NCBI GenBank assembly: GCA_964486045.1
Contig: CAZALK010000002.1
Span: forward strand, 1-64,000
Direction of reading: 5' to 3'
DNA from: an uncultured archaeon
GTDB taxonomy: Archaea; Asgardarchaeota; Lokiarchaeia; Sigyniarchaeales; SOKP01
Length of the DNA: 64,000 nt
Positions 50,730 to 60,730 of the stretch are shown here, piece after piece (the first letter of the stretch is position 1; each line of letters starts with the position of its first letter). Under the pieces are notes generated by a model, which saw only the letters and a list, made by a program, of their open reading frames with translations, did not search any database and had not been told where the DNA came from. The translations under genes and the position numbers were made by a program.

Positions 50730-51831
50730 TATATATCTCCAAAGCTTTGATTTTTGCTAATTCTATTTCTTTTTTTAAAATATGAGACTGGACTTCTGTA
50801 TTCTCATAGATTTTTGATAATACACGATTTTTTTCTTCGATTCCAACTAATTCATTCCGAAATGGAGAGAGCAAGCCCAACCAATCTGTCCAAGGATCAG
50901 TTATTGAATCCAAATATTCTCTTAATTTTTTAGATAGAAATGGACATTTACCTCCTGTCGAAATTGTTATGTTAAGATCTCCATTTTTAGATAATGCTGG
51001 AAAAATTACAGATGAAAGTGCTGGATTATCGACAACATTTACAAGGATATTATGAGTTCTGCAATAATCTGAAATTTTTGAATTTAATTGTGAGTCCGAA
51101 AGTGCCCCTACAACCAAAGATGTATTTTTTGGAATATATTTATAAAATTTTTTTGAATCTAAGTTAATTAAATGAAGTTTAACATATTTTGGTAGATCTA
51201 AAGATTCCTTTGAAATAACTGAAATATTCTTGGTGAATTTTGAAAGAAAATTAACTTTCCTTCTCCCAACTAGGCCTCCTCCAAAGATTATAACAGGTCC
51301 AGATAAGTTCAGAACAATAGGAAGTTGGAATGTACTTTCAATTATTTTTTCATGGTCTTGATGTTCTCTTTTGGGAATTTCGAATGAAATTTTTTTAAAT
51401 TCACGTGTTGAAAACATATGCTTGTATTCAGTTATTCCAAGATCTTCCATAATCTCTTTAGCTCGCGTTATTACCTCTTCTTTAGTTTCGGAATGTATCA
51501 TAAAGAAGAGGTTATAATCCCAACCTACTCGGTAATAACAGTGGGTGACTCCTTCGATCGTTGCAATTTTTTCTCCAATTTCATCTACTAAATCTTCAGC
51601 AATGTTTGCGACAACCATCAAGTTTGCACTAATTCCTACCTTTCTATGATTAACTGAAATTCCAAACCTTCTAATAAGCCCTCTGTCGAGTAAATCCTTA
51701 CAAATATCTATTACTTTTTCTTCCTTCATCCCTAAACGTTTTGCTATTTCTGCAAAAGGTTCTGAGACAAAAGGTAACCTCTGGACTTCCGCCAGAACGG
51801 CTAATTCTTCATCTGAGATCAAATTTAACAC
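50710..51831 (-). CDS. ahbB: Siroheme decarboxylase beta subunit fused to precorrin-2 dehydrogenase/ferrochelatase (AhbB-SirC/Met8-like)
   Basis: N-terminal VTHCYYR..WDYNLFFMIH...REFKK; C-terminal GGGLVGRRK, VNVVD, ISTGGKCP. Confidence 0.87.
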   Translation of the reverse strand: MLNLISDEELAVLAEVQRLPFVSEPFAEIAKRLGMKEEKVIDICKDLLDRGLIRRFGISVNHRKVGISANLMVVANIAEDLVDEIGEKIATIEGVTHCYYRVGWDYNLFFMIHSETKEEVITRAKEIMEDLGITEYKHMFSTREFKKISFEIPKREHQDHEKIIESTFQLPIVLNLSGPVIIFGGGLVGRRKVNFLSKFTKNISVISKESLDLPKYVKLHLINLDSKKFYKYIPKNTSLVVGALSDSQLNSKISDYCRTHNILVNVVDNPALSSVIFPALSKNGDLNITISTGGKCPFLSKKLREYLDSITDPWTDWLGLLSPFRNELVGIEEKNRVLSKIYENTEVQSHILKKEIELAKIKALEIYNVLSKH

Positions 51832-52267
51832 CTATTTTATATATTTTTTCTGCGGGAAGACGAATAACTTTACTTTGTAATTTATTCTCAATTTCTTCAA
51901 GGCTAGCAAACAAAGTTTCCTCATCTTGCTCTGTTAAAGTGAACCAAATATTTGGAGTACCCTCTCTAAGATAATTATGAGTTACTCCCCGGTAAGAATT
52001 GATAATACTTGCGGCTTTTTCAATACATTCATCGGGAATAGAAACTGCTGCGAGTATTGATTTAAAACCGATTTTATTAGCAGCAATAATAGCTCCAACT
52101 TTACGAATCAAACCCTTCTCAGTAAGATTTTCTAGTCTTGAAATTACATTATTAGATTTCAAACCTAATCTCTTCGCAATATCATCATAAGGATGTCGAG
52201 ATAAGGGAAAATAGTTTTGCATTAAATTAATCAATTCTTTATCTGTTTTATCTAATCCTTCAGTCAT
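51809..52267 (-). CDS. ahbA: Siroheme decarboxylase alpha subunit
   Basis: GVTHNYLR...NIWFT...YKIGVKF. Confidence 0.9.
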   Translation of the reverse strand: MTEGLDKTDKELINLMQNYFPLSRHPYDDIAKRLGLKSNNVISRLENLTEKGLIRKVGAIIAANKIGFKSILAAVSIPDECIEKAASIINSYRGVTHNYLREGTPNIWFTLTEQDEETLFASLEEIENKLQSKVIRLPAEKIYKIGVKFDLR

Positions 52268-52271
52268 TTTT

Positions 52272-53279
52272 TCACCTATTTAACTCAACATATTTAAATT
52301 TATACATGCACCAAGGTTCTTGTGCCATATAATCATCATTATAGAAATAAGCTCTTGCCCGACACCCACCACAGGTTTGTTTATATTCACAAATCCCACA
52401 TGCACCTGAATAATTCATAGTTCTTAGCTTATCTAAAATAGGATTTCTTTTCCAAATTTCACTAAATTTTTTTTCACGTATATTTCCTAGTTTTAAGGGC
52501 AAATAGGGGCAGGGCCATACATCTCCGTTTGGTATAATAGAAATATAAGATATTCCGGCAAGACACCCTCTTGAATATCTATGCATTGGGATATTTAGTT
52601 GTTCTGCTATTCTTTTGAAATGAGGGGCACATGTGGGTTTGATATCAAAATTTAATTCCTCTCGTTTTTTTAGTAATCTTCGGATTAATCTCTCATATTC
52701 AGCAGCACGCAGGGAACTTTCCTCTAAGTCTTTACCCCTTCCTGTGGGTACGAGAAAGAGAACATGATGTGATTTAGCACCCATTTCCTTGGCTAATTTA
52801 CATATTTTTTCTATCTCTTCAATATTAAAATTAAAAACTGTAGTATTAACTTGAAAGGGTAATCCTACTTCATTACAATTCCTCATAGCCTTTAATGACA
52901 TATCGTATGCTCCTTGAACTCCGCAAAAATTGTCGAGTCTTTCTTTATCAATCATATGAAGAGAAATAGCAACCGCTGCCCCTCCCGCTTGTTTAAGGCT
53001 TTTTGCTGTTCTTGAATCAAGATAATACCCATTTGTCCCATAAACGGGTCTAAGACCTAAAGAAAATGCGTACTCTGTCAATTCTAAAATATCTGAGCGC
53101 ATTAAAGGTTCACCCCCTGAAAAAACCATCAGTTTAAAGTTAGCTTTTGAGATCTCATCTAGAAGAGCAAACCCTTCTTCTGTAGTTAATTCATTTTGAA
53201 ATTCTTTTCCAGCATCTCGGTAACAGTGTTTACACTGGAGATTACATTTGTTGGTTACATTCCAGGAACATATATTCAT
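52272..53279 (-). CDS. ahbD: Radical SAM heme b synthase (NirJ2-like)
   Basis: SWNVTNKCNLQCKHCY, FLVPTGRG, KPTCAP, GCLAG, CGGCRARA. Confidence 0.87.
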   Translation of the reverse strand: MNICSWNVTNKCNLQCKHCYRDAGKEFQNELTTEEGFALLDEISKANFKLMVFSGGEPLMRSDILELTEYAFSLGLRPVYGTNGYYLDSRTAKSLKQAGGAAVAISLHMIDKERLDNFCGVQGAYDMSLKAMRNCNEVGLPFQVNTTVFNFNIEEIEKICKLAKEMGAKSHHVLFLVPTGRGKDLEESSLRAAEYERLIRRLLKKREELNFDIKPTCAPHFKRIAEQLNIPMHRYSRGCLAGISYISIIPNGDVWPCPYLPLKLGNIREKKFSEIWKRNPILDKLRTMNYSGACGICEYKQTCGGCRARAYFYNDDYMAQEPWCMYKFKYVELNR

Positions 53280-53315
53280 GCTTTTTTAAACCTTATTTTG
53301 TATCCTATTATTTTT

Positions 53316-54611
53316 TTAACTTATTTTATTTAAAGCTACATCCATCGCCTCTATAGTGGATTGTATATCATCATCCGAATGAGCTATTGATAAGAAACAT
53401 GTTTCAAATTGAGAGGGAGGGATAAAAATATTATTATTTAACAATTCTAGTTGATAAGCTCCAAATTTATCTCTATCACATAGTTGAGCACTTTCATAAT
53501 TATCTACGATCTTGTCTGTCATAAAAATCTGATACATTGATGCTATGGAATTAACCTGAGCAGATATCTTTTTGTCTTCAATAAGGTTCTTTAATCCTTT
53601 TACAATTTTTAAACATTGCTCCCTAAGACGTTTATAGAGACTATCACCACCCTGTATTAGAATTTTGATGGTTGTTAATCCTGCTGTTACTGAGATAGGA
53701 TTCCCACTCAATGTACTTGCTTGATAAATCTTTCCAAGTGGGGAAATATTATCCATAATTTCCTTTCTACCTCCATAACACGCAAGAGGAAGTCCTCCAC
53801 CCATTATCTTTCCAAGGGTAGTTAGGTCAGGAGAAATCCCAAAAGTCTTTTGAGCTCCTCCCAAACCTAATCTAAAGCCGGTTATCACCTCATCAAAGAT
53901 TAGAAGAATTCCATCCTCTTCTGTTATTTTTCGAACCTCTTGAAGATATCCGGATTCTGGAAGAATTAAACCAGCATTACCAATAACAGGCTCTATTATA
54001 ACAGCTGCAATTTTCCCCTTGTTTTTATTGATTTCTCCACTCAAAGATTCAATATCATTATATGGCAAGACAATAGTATTCTTGGTAGTATCAGCAGGAA
54101 TCCCTAAAGAATTTGGAGCACCGAAAGTTGTAGCTCCAGAACCCGCTTTAACAAGGACATAATCATGTGCGCCATGGTAACACCCTTCAAATTTTATAAT
54201 TTTATCTCTTTTGGTAAATCCTCGAGCAACTCTTATTGCATGCATAGTAGCTTCAGTTCCTGAGTTTACTAGCCTTAATTTATCCATGGATTTATATAAT
54301 CTTGAAATTGTTTCAGCTATGGTTATTTCGAGTTCGGTAGGAGTACCATAAATAACTCCTTTGGATAATTGATTTTGAATTGATTCCATTACTCGTTGAT
54401 TGGCATGCCCTAATATTAACGGACCATATGCAAGACAATAATCAATATAGTAATTATTATCTACGTCATATAGTTTAGAACCTTCAGCTTTCAAAGTAAA
54501 AAAAGGAAATGGACTAAATGCTCGAACAGGACTATTTACACCCCCAGGCATAAGGTTTTTGGCTTTTTCATATAACTTTTTTGAGTTCTTTCTCACCTTT
54601 CTTTCAACCAC
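53316..54611 (-). CDS. hemL: Glutamate-1-semialdehyde 2,1-aminomutase
   Basis: PGGVNSPVRAF, NSGTEA, FDEVITGFR, LGKIMGGG. Confidence 0.96.
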   Translation of the reverse strand: MVERKVRKNSKKLYEKAKNLMPGGVNSPVRAFSPFPFFTLKAEGSKLYDVDNNYYIDYCLAYGPLILGHANQRVMESIQNQLSKGVIYGTPTELEITIAETISRLYKSMDKLRLVNSGTEATMHAIRVARGFTKRDKIIKFEGCYHGAHDYVLVKAGSGATTFGAPNSLGIPADTTKNTIVLPYNDIESLSGEINKNKGKIAAVIIEPVIGNAGLILPESGYLQEVRKITEEDGILLIFDEVITGFRLGLGGAQKTFGISPDLTTLGKIMGGGLPLACYGGRKEIMDNISPLGKIYQASTLSGNPISVTAGLTTIKILIQGGDSLYKRLREQCLKIVKGLKNLIEDKKISAQVNSIASMYQIFMTDKIVDNYESAQLCDRDKFGAYQLELLNNNIFIPPSQFETCFLSIAHSDDDIQSTIEAMDVALNKIS

Positions 54612-55582
54612 CTCGCAACTTCCTTGGCAAAATACGTTAATATCATATCTGCTCCTGCACGCTTCATAGATAGTAGGGATTCTAACACAACTCCTTTTTC
54701 ATCTATCCACCCCTTTTCTGCGGCAGCTTTAATCATAGAATATTCACCACTCACGTTATATACCGCAGTAGGAAATCCAAATTTCTTTTTGATTTGATAA
54801 ACTAAATCCAGATATGCGAGTGCTGGTTTAACCATAATAATATCAGCGCCTTCATTTATATCAAGAAGTACTTCCCTAACTGCCTCATTACCATTCGAAG
54901 AATCCATTTGATAACTTTTTCTGTCTCCAAATGAGGGGGCAGAAAATGCAGCATCTCTAAATGGACCATAAAAATTGGAAGAAAATTTAGCCGAATACGC
55001 CATTATACTTACAGTTTCAAACTTATTATCGTCTAGAGCCTTTCTTAATGCTTGAACTTGCCCATCCATCATGCTGGAAGGTGCAATCATGTCGGCTCCA
55101 GCAGTTACATGACTTACAGCAATCTCCTGCATTCTTTTAAGTGTAGGGTCATTTAATATTTGATTATCCTGTATTATCCCACAATGTCCATGGTCTGTAT
55201 ATTGGCAAAGGCATAGGTCAGTAATTACAAGAAGTTGATCTCCAAATTGTTTTTTGATTAATTTGACAGCTAATTGGACAATTCCTTTTGAATCTGAGGC
55301 TAATGACCCATTACTATCTTTTTCTAAGGGAATTCCAAACAAAATAATAGCCGGTATTCCTAGAGAGATTAATTGCTCACATTCTTTAATAAGATCATCT
55401 AGAGATAAACGGAACTGTCCAGGCATAGCATTTATTGGTTCAGGTTCATTTATACCCTCCTTAACAAAGATTGGATAAATAAGATCATTTATAGATAGTT
55501 GAGTTTCTTTTACAAGAGATCTAATTAGAGGGGTATATCTTAATCGTCGCATACGCGAAATTGGGAACTTAGTTTTTATCAT
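54593..55582 (-). CDS. hemB: Porphobilinogen synthase (Zn-type)
   Basis: DLCLCQYTDHGHC, MAYSAK, MVKPA, YNVSGEY. Confidence 0.96.
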   Translation of the reverse strand: MIKTKFPISRMRRLRYTPLIRSLVKETQLSINDLIYPIFVKEGINEPEPINAMPGQFRLSLDDLIKECEQLISLGIPAIILFGIPLEKDSNGSLASDSKGIVQLAVKLIKKQFGDQLLVITDLCLCQYTDHGHCGIIQDNQILNDPTLKRMQEIAVSHVTAGADMIAPSSMMDGQVQALRKALDDNKFETVSIMAYSAKFSSNFYGPFRDAAFSAPSFGDRKSYQMDSSNGNEAVREVLLDINEGADIIMVKPALAYLDLVYQIKKKFGFPTAVYNVSGEYSMIKAAAEKGWIDEKGVVLESLLSMKRAGADMILTYFAKEVARWLKER

Positions 55583-55837
55583 TTTTGATCATTATTTCAT
55601 TGATTTTTATCGGATTCAATAATTATATTTTGATGATATGTAAGAAATTTATTGCTTTTTTTAATTACGCTACTTTTTTTACTGCTTCTAATTTTAAATA
55701 TCATCTTAAGATTTAATCAATTAATATAGGGCTTATCATAGATAACGAATAAATTTGTTTAAAAGTTTCGGTTTTTTAAAAAAAAAAGCTGATCTGTTAC
55801 GAATTCAGTAACATTATAATGAATTAATCTCTATAAA

Positions 55838-56299
55838 TTACAGTTTAAAACTTGGTTCGATCTTAAGAAGTCGAGTTGTTGCCAAAATCTCGAGATCCTT
55901 GATTCCACTGATTAATTTTATCTTTTCTTTAAGATTCTCAAGTTTTTCCATATTCTCAACATTCGCTACGGCAAGAAAATCATATCTTCCGGTACATTGA
56001 AATATATGTAGAAGCTCATCTAAATTACCAAGTTCCTTAAATATGTTTTTGAATTGTCGGGGATTAACCGTCGCCATAATGATCCCTGTTACAGCAAGCC
56101 CTATTTTACGAGGATTTAATAACGCAGAAAAATGCATTATCACTTCTTTATCAAGTAACTTTTTAACACGAAATCTTACTGTAGCTTCATTCATATTAAG
56201 CTCTCGAGCAATTTCTGCAAAAGACCTTCTTCCATCCTCTTGTAAAATATTCAAAACCTGCCTATCAATTTTATCTAAATCTTTAACCAAATCTATCAC
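55838..56299 (-). CDS. Lrp/AsnC transcriptional regulator
   Basis: LDKIDRQVLNILQEDGRRSFAEIA HTH plus RAM domain. Confidence 0.9.
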   Translation of the reverse strand: MIDLVKDLDKIDRQVLNILQEDGRRSFAEIARELNMNEATVRFRVKKLLDKEVIMHFSALLNPRKIGLAVTGIIMATVNPRQFKNIFKELGNLDELLHIFQCTGRYDFLAVANVENMEKLENLKEKIKLISGIKDLEILATTRLLKIEPSFKL

Positions 56300-56666
56300 C
56301 CAATTTTATTAATTACGTAGAAATTTTAGAAGCCTTACTAATATTGTAATCATTTTAGTATTATTAATTTTGTCAAGATGATTTAATTTAATCTAAGAAA
56401 TCGCAACCGATACATATTCCCTTATTGACGTCATAATCTTTTAGGCAGATTCTCCCACAACTGGTAGATTCAACATCTATCTTTAAATAAAAGTACGATC
56501 ACCGTAATTAAACCTATTACTCAAAAAACACTTTAAGACATTAATGTTAAAGTTAATATAATACCCGAAGAGTACCTAATTGAGACAATGATAGATTCGC
56601 TCATAGAATTTTTAAACCATGAAAGAGAAAAAATTTGATAACAAAAATTGATCTAAAGCGAAGATT

Positions 56667-57506
56667 TTAAATTCCTGAACCGTGTTCTTCAAAATAAATC
56701 TTAATATCTTGGTTTCTAGGATTTTTATCATAAACTAACTTATTTTCTAAATATTCAATTCTAGCATTTAAAGTAGATAGAGTAATTGCTAAAGGATCAG
56801 GTAGATTACCGTGTCTTAAGTCTATTTTTTCAATTTTTTCTCCCTTTCGAGAGACAATCTTACCTGGTACACCAACTACTAGAGAGTTAGGAGGAACATC
56901 AATTACAACTACAGAATTCGCCCCAATCCGGACATTATCCCCGATTGTAATCGGACCTAGAAGTTTTGCTCCTGTTCCTACAACTACATTATTTCCCAAA
57001 GTAGGATGTCGTTTAATTGGGTCCATCGACACACCACCTAAAACAACTCCTTGATAAACAGTGACATTATTTCCAATTATAGAAGTTTCTCCAATAACAA
57101 CACCCCCGCCATGATCAATAAAAAATTCATTCCCAATGTCTGCTCCTGGGTGGATTTCAATCCCGGTTAATTGCCTACTGATTTCAGAAAGATATCTTGG
57201 GACATAAGGCATACCCAATTTCCAGAAAAAATGTGAAATTCGGTATAACAATACTGCTTTAATACCGGGGTAACTAGTGAGCACCTCTATAAGAGAATGC
57301 GCAGCAGGATCCTTCCTAAAGGCTGAAGTTACATCTGATACAAAAAAATCCAGAATTTTTTGTAGATTTCTATCTATTTCCTCGTGATCTAGATCTTTAG
57401 ACCTATAATTTAAGTCTAAAATACATTCAGCACAATAATTATAATGCTCTTTTTCCTTTGAATCTAAACACTTCCCGCAATTCAAACATTTAACTAATTC
57501 TTCCAT
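56667..57506 (-). CDS. cysE: Serine O-acetyltransferase with an N-terminal CxxC...CxxC extension
   Basis: [23 protein letters not shown] hexapeptide repeats. Confidence 0.93.
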   Translation of the reverse strand: MEELVKCLNCGKCLDSKEKEHYNYCAECILDLNYRSKDLDHEEIDRNLQKILDFFVSDVTSAFRKDPAAHSLIEVLTSYPGIKAVLLYRISHFFWKLGMPYVPRYLSEISRQLTGIEIHPGADIGNEFFIDHGGGVVIGETSIIGNNVTVYQGVVLGGVSMDPIKRHPTLGNNVVVGTGAKLLGPITIGDNVRIGANSVVVIDVPPNSLVVGVPGKIVSRKGEKIEKIDLRHGNLPDPLAITLSTLNARIEYLENKLVYDKNPRNQDIKIYFEEHGSGI

Positions 57507-57774
57507 TTTAAAAAATTTCTAATTTTATTGTGTTTCTATAGGATTGGAATGATAAAATAAATTTAAAATTATTTATAATATTTTGAAAATGTTTTCTCTT
57601 TCTTTACAGTTTACTGTTTGATATTCTCGTTAAATAAAATAGTTTTTACCATAAACTAATTACTTATTAAATTTGGTATAGACTCTACCACAAATTTTTT
57701 TAGGTTTACTACAATATCAGACAAAATACTAAATTTTTAACATAGTTACATGGTGATTTAATTTTTTCAGCGAT

Positions 57775-58878
57775 ATCCTAAATAAAATTCCAGATATCAA
57801 GTATTTTGTTTGGGATAAAGATTTCAAACTTGAATCTGGTAAAACTTTGAATGGTTTTCAACTTGCATATGAAACCTATGGAAAATTAAATGACACTGGT
57901 TCAAATGTAATAATAATTTTTCATGCTTTATCTGGAAGTTCTCATGTGTATAATAATGAGACTGGAATTGGAGGTTGGTGGGATAAAATGGTGGGTATTG
58001 GAAAACCGTTTGATCCTTCAAAATATTATATTGTGTGTGCTAACATTTTAGGTGGCTGTTATGGATCTACAGGTCCATCTTCAATTAATCCTGAAAATGG
58101 AGAAAAATTTGGCCTTACTTTTCCAATTATCACGGTAGGCGACATCGTAAAATCCATAAAGTTATTGATCGATTATCTTGGAGTTAAAAAAATTGTAACC
58201 GTTACTGGGGGAAGTCTTGGTGGGTTCCAAGCACTGGATTGGGTTGTAAAATATCCACAAATAACTCAATCAGTAATTCCTATAGCAACAGCGTCATACG
58301 CTACGACTTTTAATGTAGCGTTCAACGAAGTACAAAGGCAAGCTATCTACTCCGATCCGAACTGGAATAATGGGAGCTATTATGAGGGAGAGCTTCCAAA
58401 TGTGGGATTAAAATTGGCTAGAGAAATAGGTCACATCACCTATCTAAGTGAAGATTCAATGAGAGAAAAATTTGGAAGAGAATTACGTTATAACCCGGAA
58501 TATATATTCCAATTTAAGGAAGAATTTGAAGTAGAGAGTTATTTACAACACAAAGGAACTACTTTTACTAAACGATTCGATGCGAATTCATATTTATACA
58601 TAACAAAAACTATAGATTATTTTGATATAAGAAGGGAAGGAGATTTAGCATTGACATTTTCTCCTTTAGAAAAAGTTAAATTCTTAGTAATCTCTTTTTC
58701 ATCAGATTGGTTATATCCTACATCTCAATCAAAAGAAATTGTTTATGCTTTAAAATCAAGTGGTATTGAAAGTAGTTTTGTAGAGATTAAGACAAATTAT
58801 GGACACGATTCATTTTTAGTTGAATGTGATGATTTGCGTGTAGTAGTATCCAATTTTCTGAATAACTTTATACTTTGA
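57775..58878 (+). CDS. metX: Homoserine O-acetyltransferase; start uncertain, upstream of the TTG at 57847
   Basis: FKLESGKTL..LAYETYG, HALSG, GGSLGG, GHDSFL. Confidence 0.9.
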   Translation: MLNKIPDIKYFVWDKDFKLESGKTLNGFQLAYETYGKLNDTGSNVIIIFHALSGSSHVYNNETGIGGWWDKMVGIGKPFDPSKYYIVCANILGGCYGSTGPSSINPENGEKFGLTFPIITVGDIVKSIKLLIDYLGVKKIVTVTGGSLGGFQALDWVVKYPQITQSVIPIATASYATTFNVAFNEVQRQAIYSDPNWNNGSYYEGELPNVGLKLAREIGHITYLSEDSMREKFGRELRYNPEYIFQFKEEFEVESYLQHKGTTFTKRFDANSYLYITKTIDYFDIRREGDLALTFSPLEKVKFLVISFSSDWLYPTSQSKEIVYALKSSGIESSFVEIKTNYGHDSFLVECDDLRVVVSNFLNNFIL

Positions 58879-58902
58879 TAATCCAAAGGGAGTTAGTAAA
58901 AT

Positions 58903-59499
58903 TTGTTAGAACGAAAGGATCTAGGAGCTATCTATGAAATTATTAAAATTAATAGCAGAGTTTTAGATTTGGGGTGTGGTGATGGATTATTATTAAGAGA
59001 GTTAGTTTTAAATAAACAAGTTAAGGGTCTTGGTATAGAAATTTCAATTGGAAAAATAAAAGCCTGCCTTAGTAATGGAATTTCGGTTATCCAAGAAGAT
59101 TTGAATGAAGGTCTTAAAGATTTTAAGAATAGATCATTTGATTATGTAATTTTAAGCCAAACTCTTGAATATATCGCTAATCCCGTTTATTTAATTCAAG
59201 AAATGTTGAGAGTGGGAAAAAAAGTTGTAATAAGCTTTGAAAATCTCTCGTATTGGAAGAATAGAATCACGTTTTTATTAAAAGGTGAGCTTCGAAGAGC
59301 CAGAACTAATAATATTTCATTGTATTTTAGAAAAAAAATTCAAATTCTTACAGTAAAAAAGTTCTTTGATTTTTGCGCCTATTATAAAATTCATACTTCA
59401 CATCAAATTTATCTTCCTGCTAGAAAATTAAATTTAAATCGAAAATTTCCTAATCTTTTAAGTAAAATAGCTATTTTTATATTGCAGGGAGGAAATTAA
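58903..59499 (+). CDS. metW: Methionine biosynthesis protein MetW
   Basis: RVLDLGCGDG, FDYVILSQTL; adjacent to metX. Confidence 0.88.
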   Translation: MLERKDLGAIYEIIKINSRVLDLGCGDGLLLRELVLNKQVKGLGIEISIGKIKACLSNGISVIQEDLNEGLKDFKNRSFDYVILSQTLEYIANPVYLIQEMLRVGKKVVISFENLSYWKNRITFLLKGELRRARTNNISLYFRKKIQILTVKKFFDFCAYYKIHTSHQIYLPARKLNLNRKFPNLLSKIAIFILQGGN

Positions 59500-60660
59500 A
59501 TGGGACCAAACTGGACTAAAATAAGAGAGGAGGAATTCCCATCTCTTAAAAATATCATTAATTTAAAGGCTGCGGGAGGTTCACCAATAAGTAAAAGTAC
59601 GTATGATTCTGGAGTTAAATATTTTAATGATATGCTAAATTATGGTGATATTTATTGGGATGAATATTTTAGAGAATTAAATTCAATTCGAGAAAAACTA
59701 GCTATTTTATTTAATTCGAAGCCATCAGAGATCGCGTTCTTAATAAATACCTCATCATGTATGAATACAGTAGCAAGAATATTAAAAAAAAAGGGTGTAA
59801 TTTACCCTGAAGGTGAATTTCCTGCTTCAATTCATATATTTAAAAGGTTAGGATTTAACTGCGAGAAAATTCAACACAAAAATAATAGATATTCAATAAA
59901 TGAAATTAAAAAGAGCATCAAAGAAGAAACCAAGTATCTGATTCATAGTCATATTCAGTATTTAACCGGTTTTAAACAAGATCTCGAAAAATTAGGAACA
60001 TTATGTAGAAATGAAAGCTTAACGAATATAATCAATGCGACCCAATCATTTGGAGCATTCCCACTTGACATTCAACGATTTAAAATTGATATTTTAGTTG
60101 CTTCGGCTTTAAAATGGGCTTGTTGTGGCTATGGAATCGGAATCCTTTTCATAAAGGAAAAGATTATTATGGAAAATGAAATACCATTTTCGAGTTGGTT
60201 AAGTGTGTCAGACCCGATGTCAATGAATAATGATAACCTTCAGATCGGTAAAGAAACGAGGTTTATTGACGGAATGGGTGAAACTCCACACTTCCCTGCT
60301 TTATTAGCATTAAAAGGGGGATTAAATCTAATTGAAAGAATAGGTGGTGGAGATCCTCAAACAGGTCTTAAAAGGATCAGTGGAAGAATCATTGAACTCA
60401 CAACTGAGTTGGTTAAACATCTCAAAGAGCTTGAATTTAAAATAATTACCCCTTTAGAAATAGAAAATAGATCAGGGATTATAACTCTTGAGCATTTAAA
60501 TGCTGAGGAGATTTATAGAGAACTACTTATAAATAATATACACATTTCATTACGAAATTATCCTACCACAGCTAAAAAAACTTTGTTAAGATTTTCTCTT
60601 AATTATTATAATAATTATGAAGATATTGAAAAATCCATTACTATTTTAAAAAAAATTTAA
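59500..60660 (+). CDS. Class V PLP-dependent enzyme (C-S lyase/desulfurase-like)
   Basis: NATQSFG, ASALKW (PLP Lys), RSGI, LRFS..YYN. Confidence 0.82.
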   Translation: MGPNWTKIREEEFPSLKNIINLKAAGGSPISKSTYDSGVKYFNDMLNYGDIYWDEYFRELNSIREKLAILFNSKPSEIAFLINTSSCMNTVARILKKKGVIYPEGEFPASIHIFKRLGFNCEKIQHKNNRYSINEIKKSIKEETKYLIHSHIQYLTGFKQDLEKLGTLCRNESLTNIINATQSFGAFPLDIQRFKIDILVASALKWACCGYGIGILFIKEKIIMENEIPFSSWLSVSDPMSMNNDNLQIGKETRFIDGMGETPHFPALLALKGGLNLIERIGGGDPQTGLKRISGRIIELTTELVKHLKELEFKIITPLEIENRSGIITLEHLNAEEIYRELLINNIHISLRNYPTTAKKTLLRFSLNYYNNYEDIEKSITILKKI

Positions 60661-60730
60661 TTAAAAACCAAAAAATTAGCACAAAACCTTTTTGTAGGGA
60701 TAATTGAGATAACCATTAATTTACGAAATA

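Noticed and set aside
50710-52267. Lrp-type transcription factors
   Set aside because: H-x-Y-x-R motifs and heme-operon context identify AhbA and AhbB
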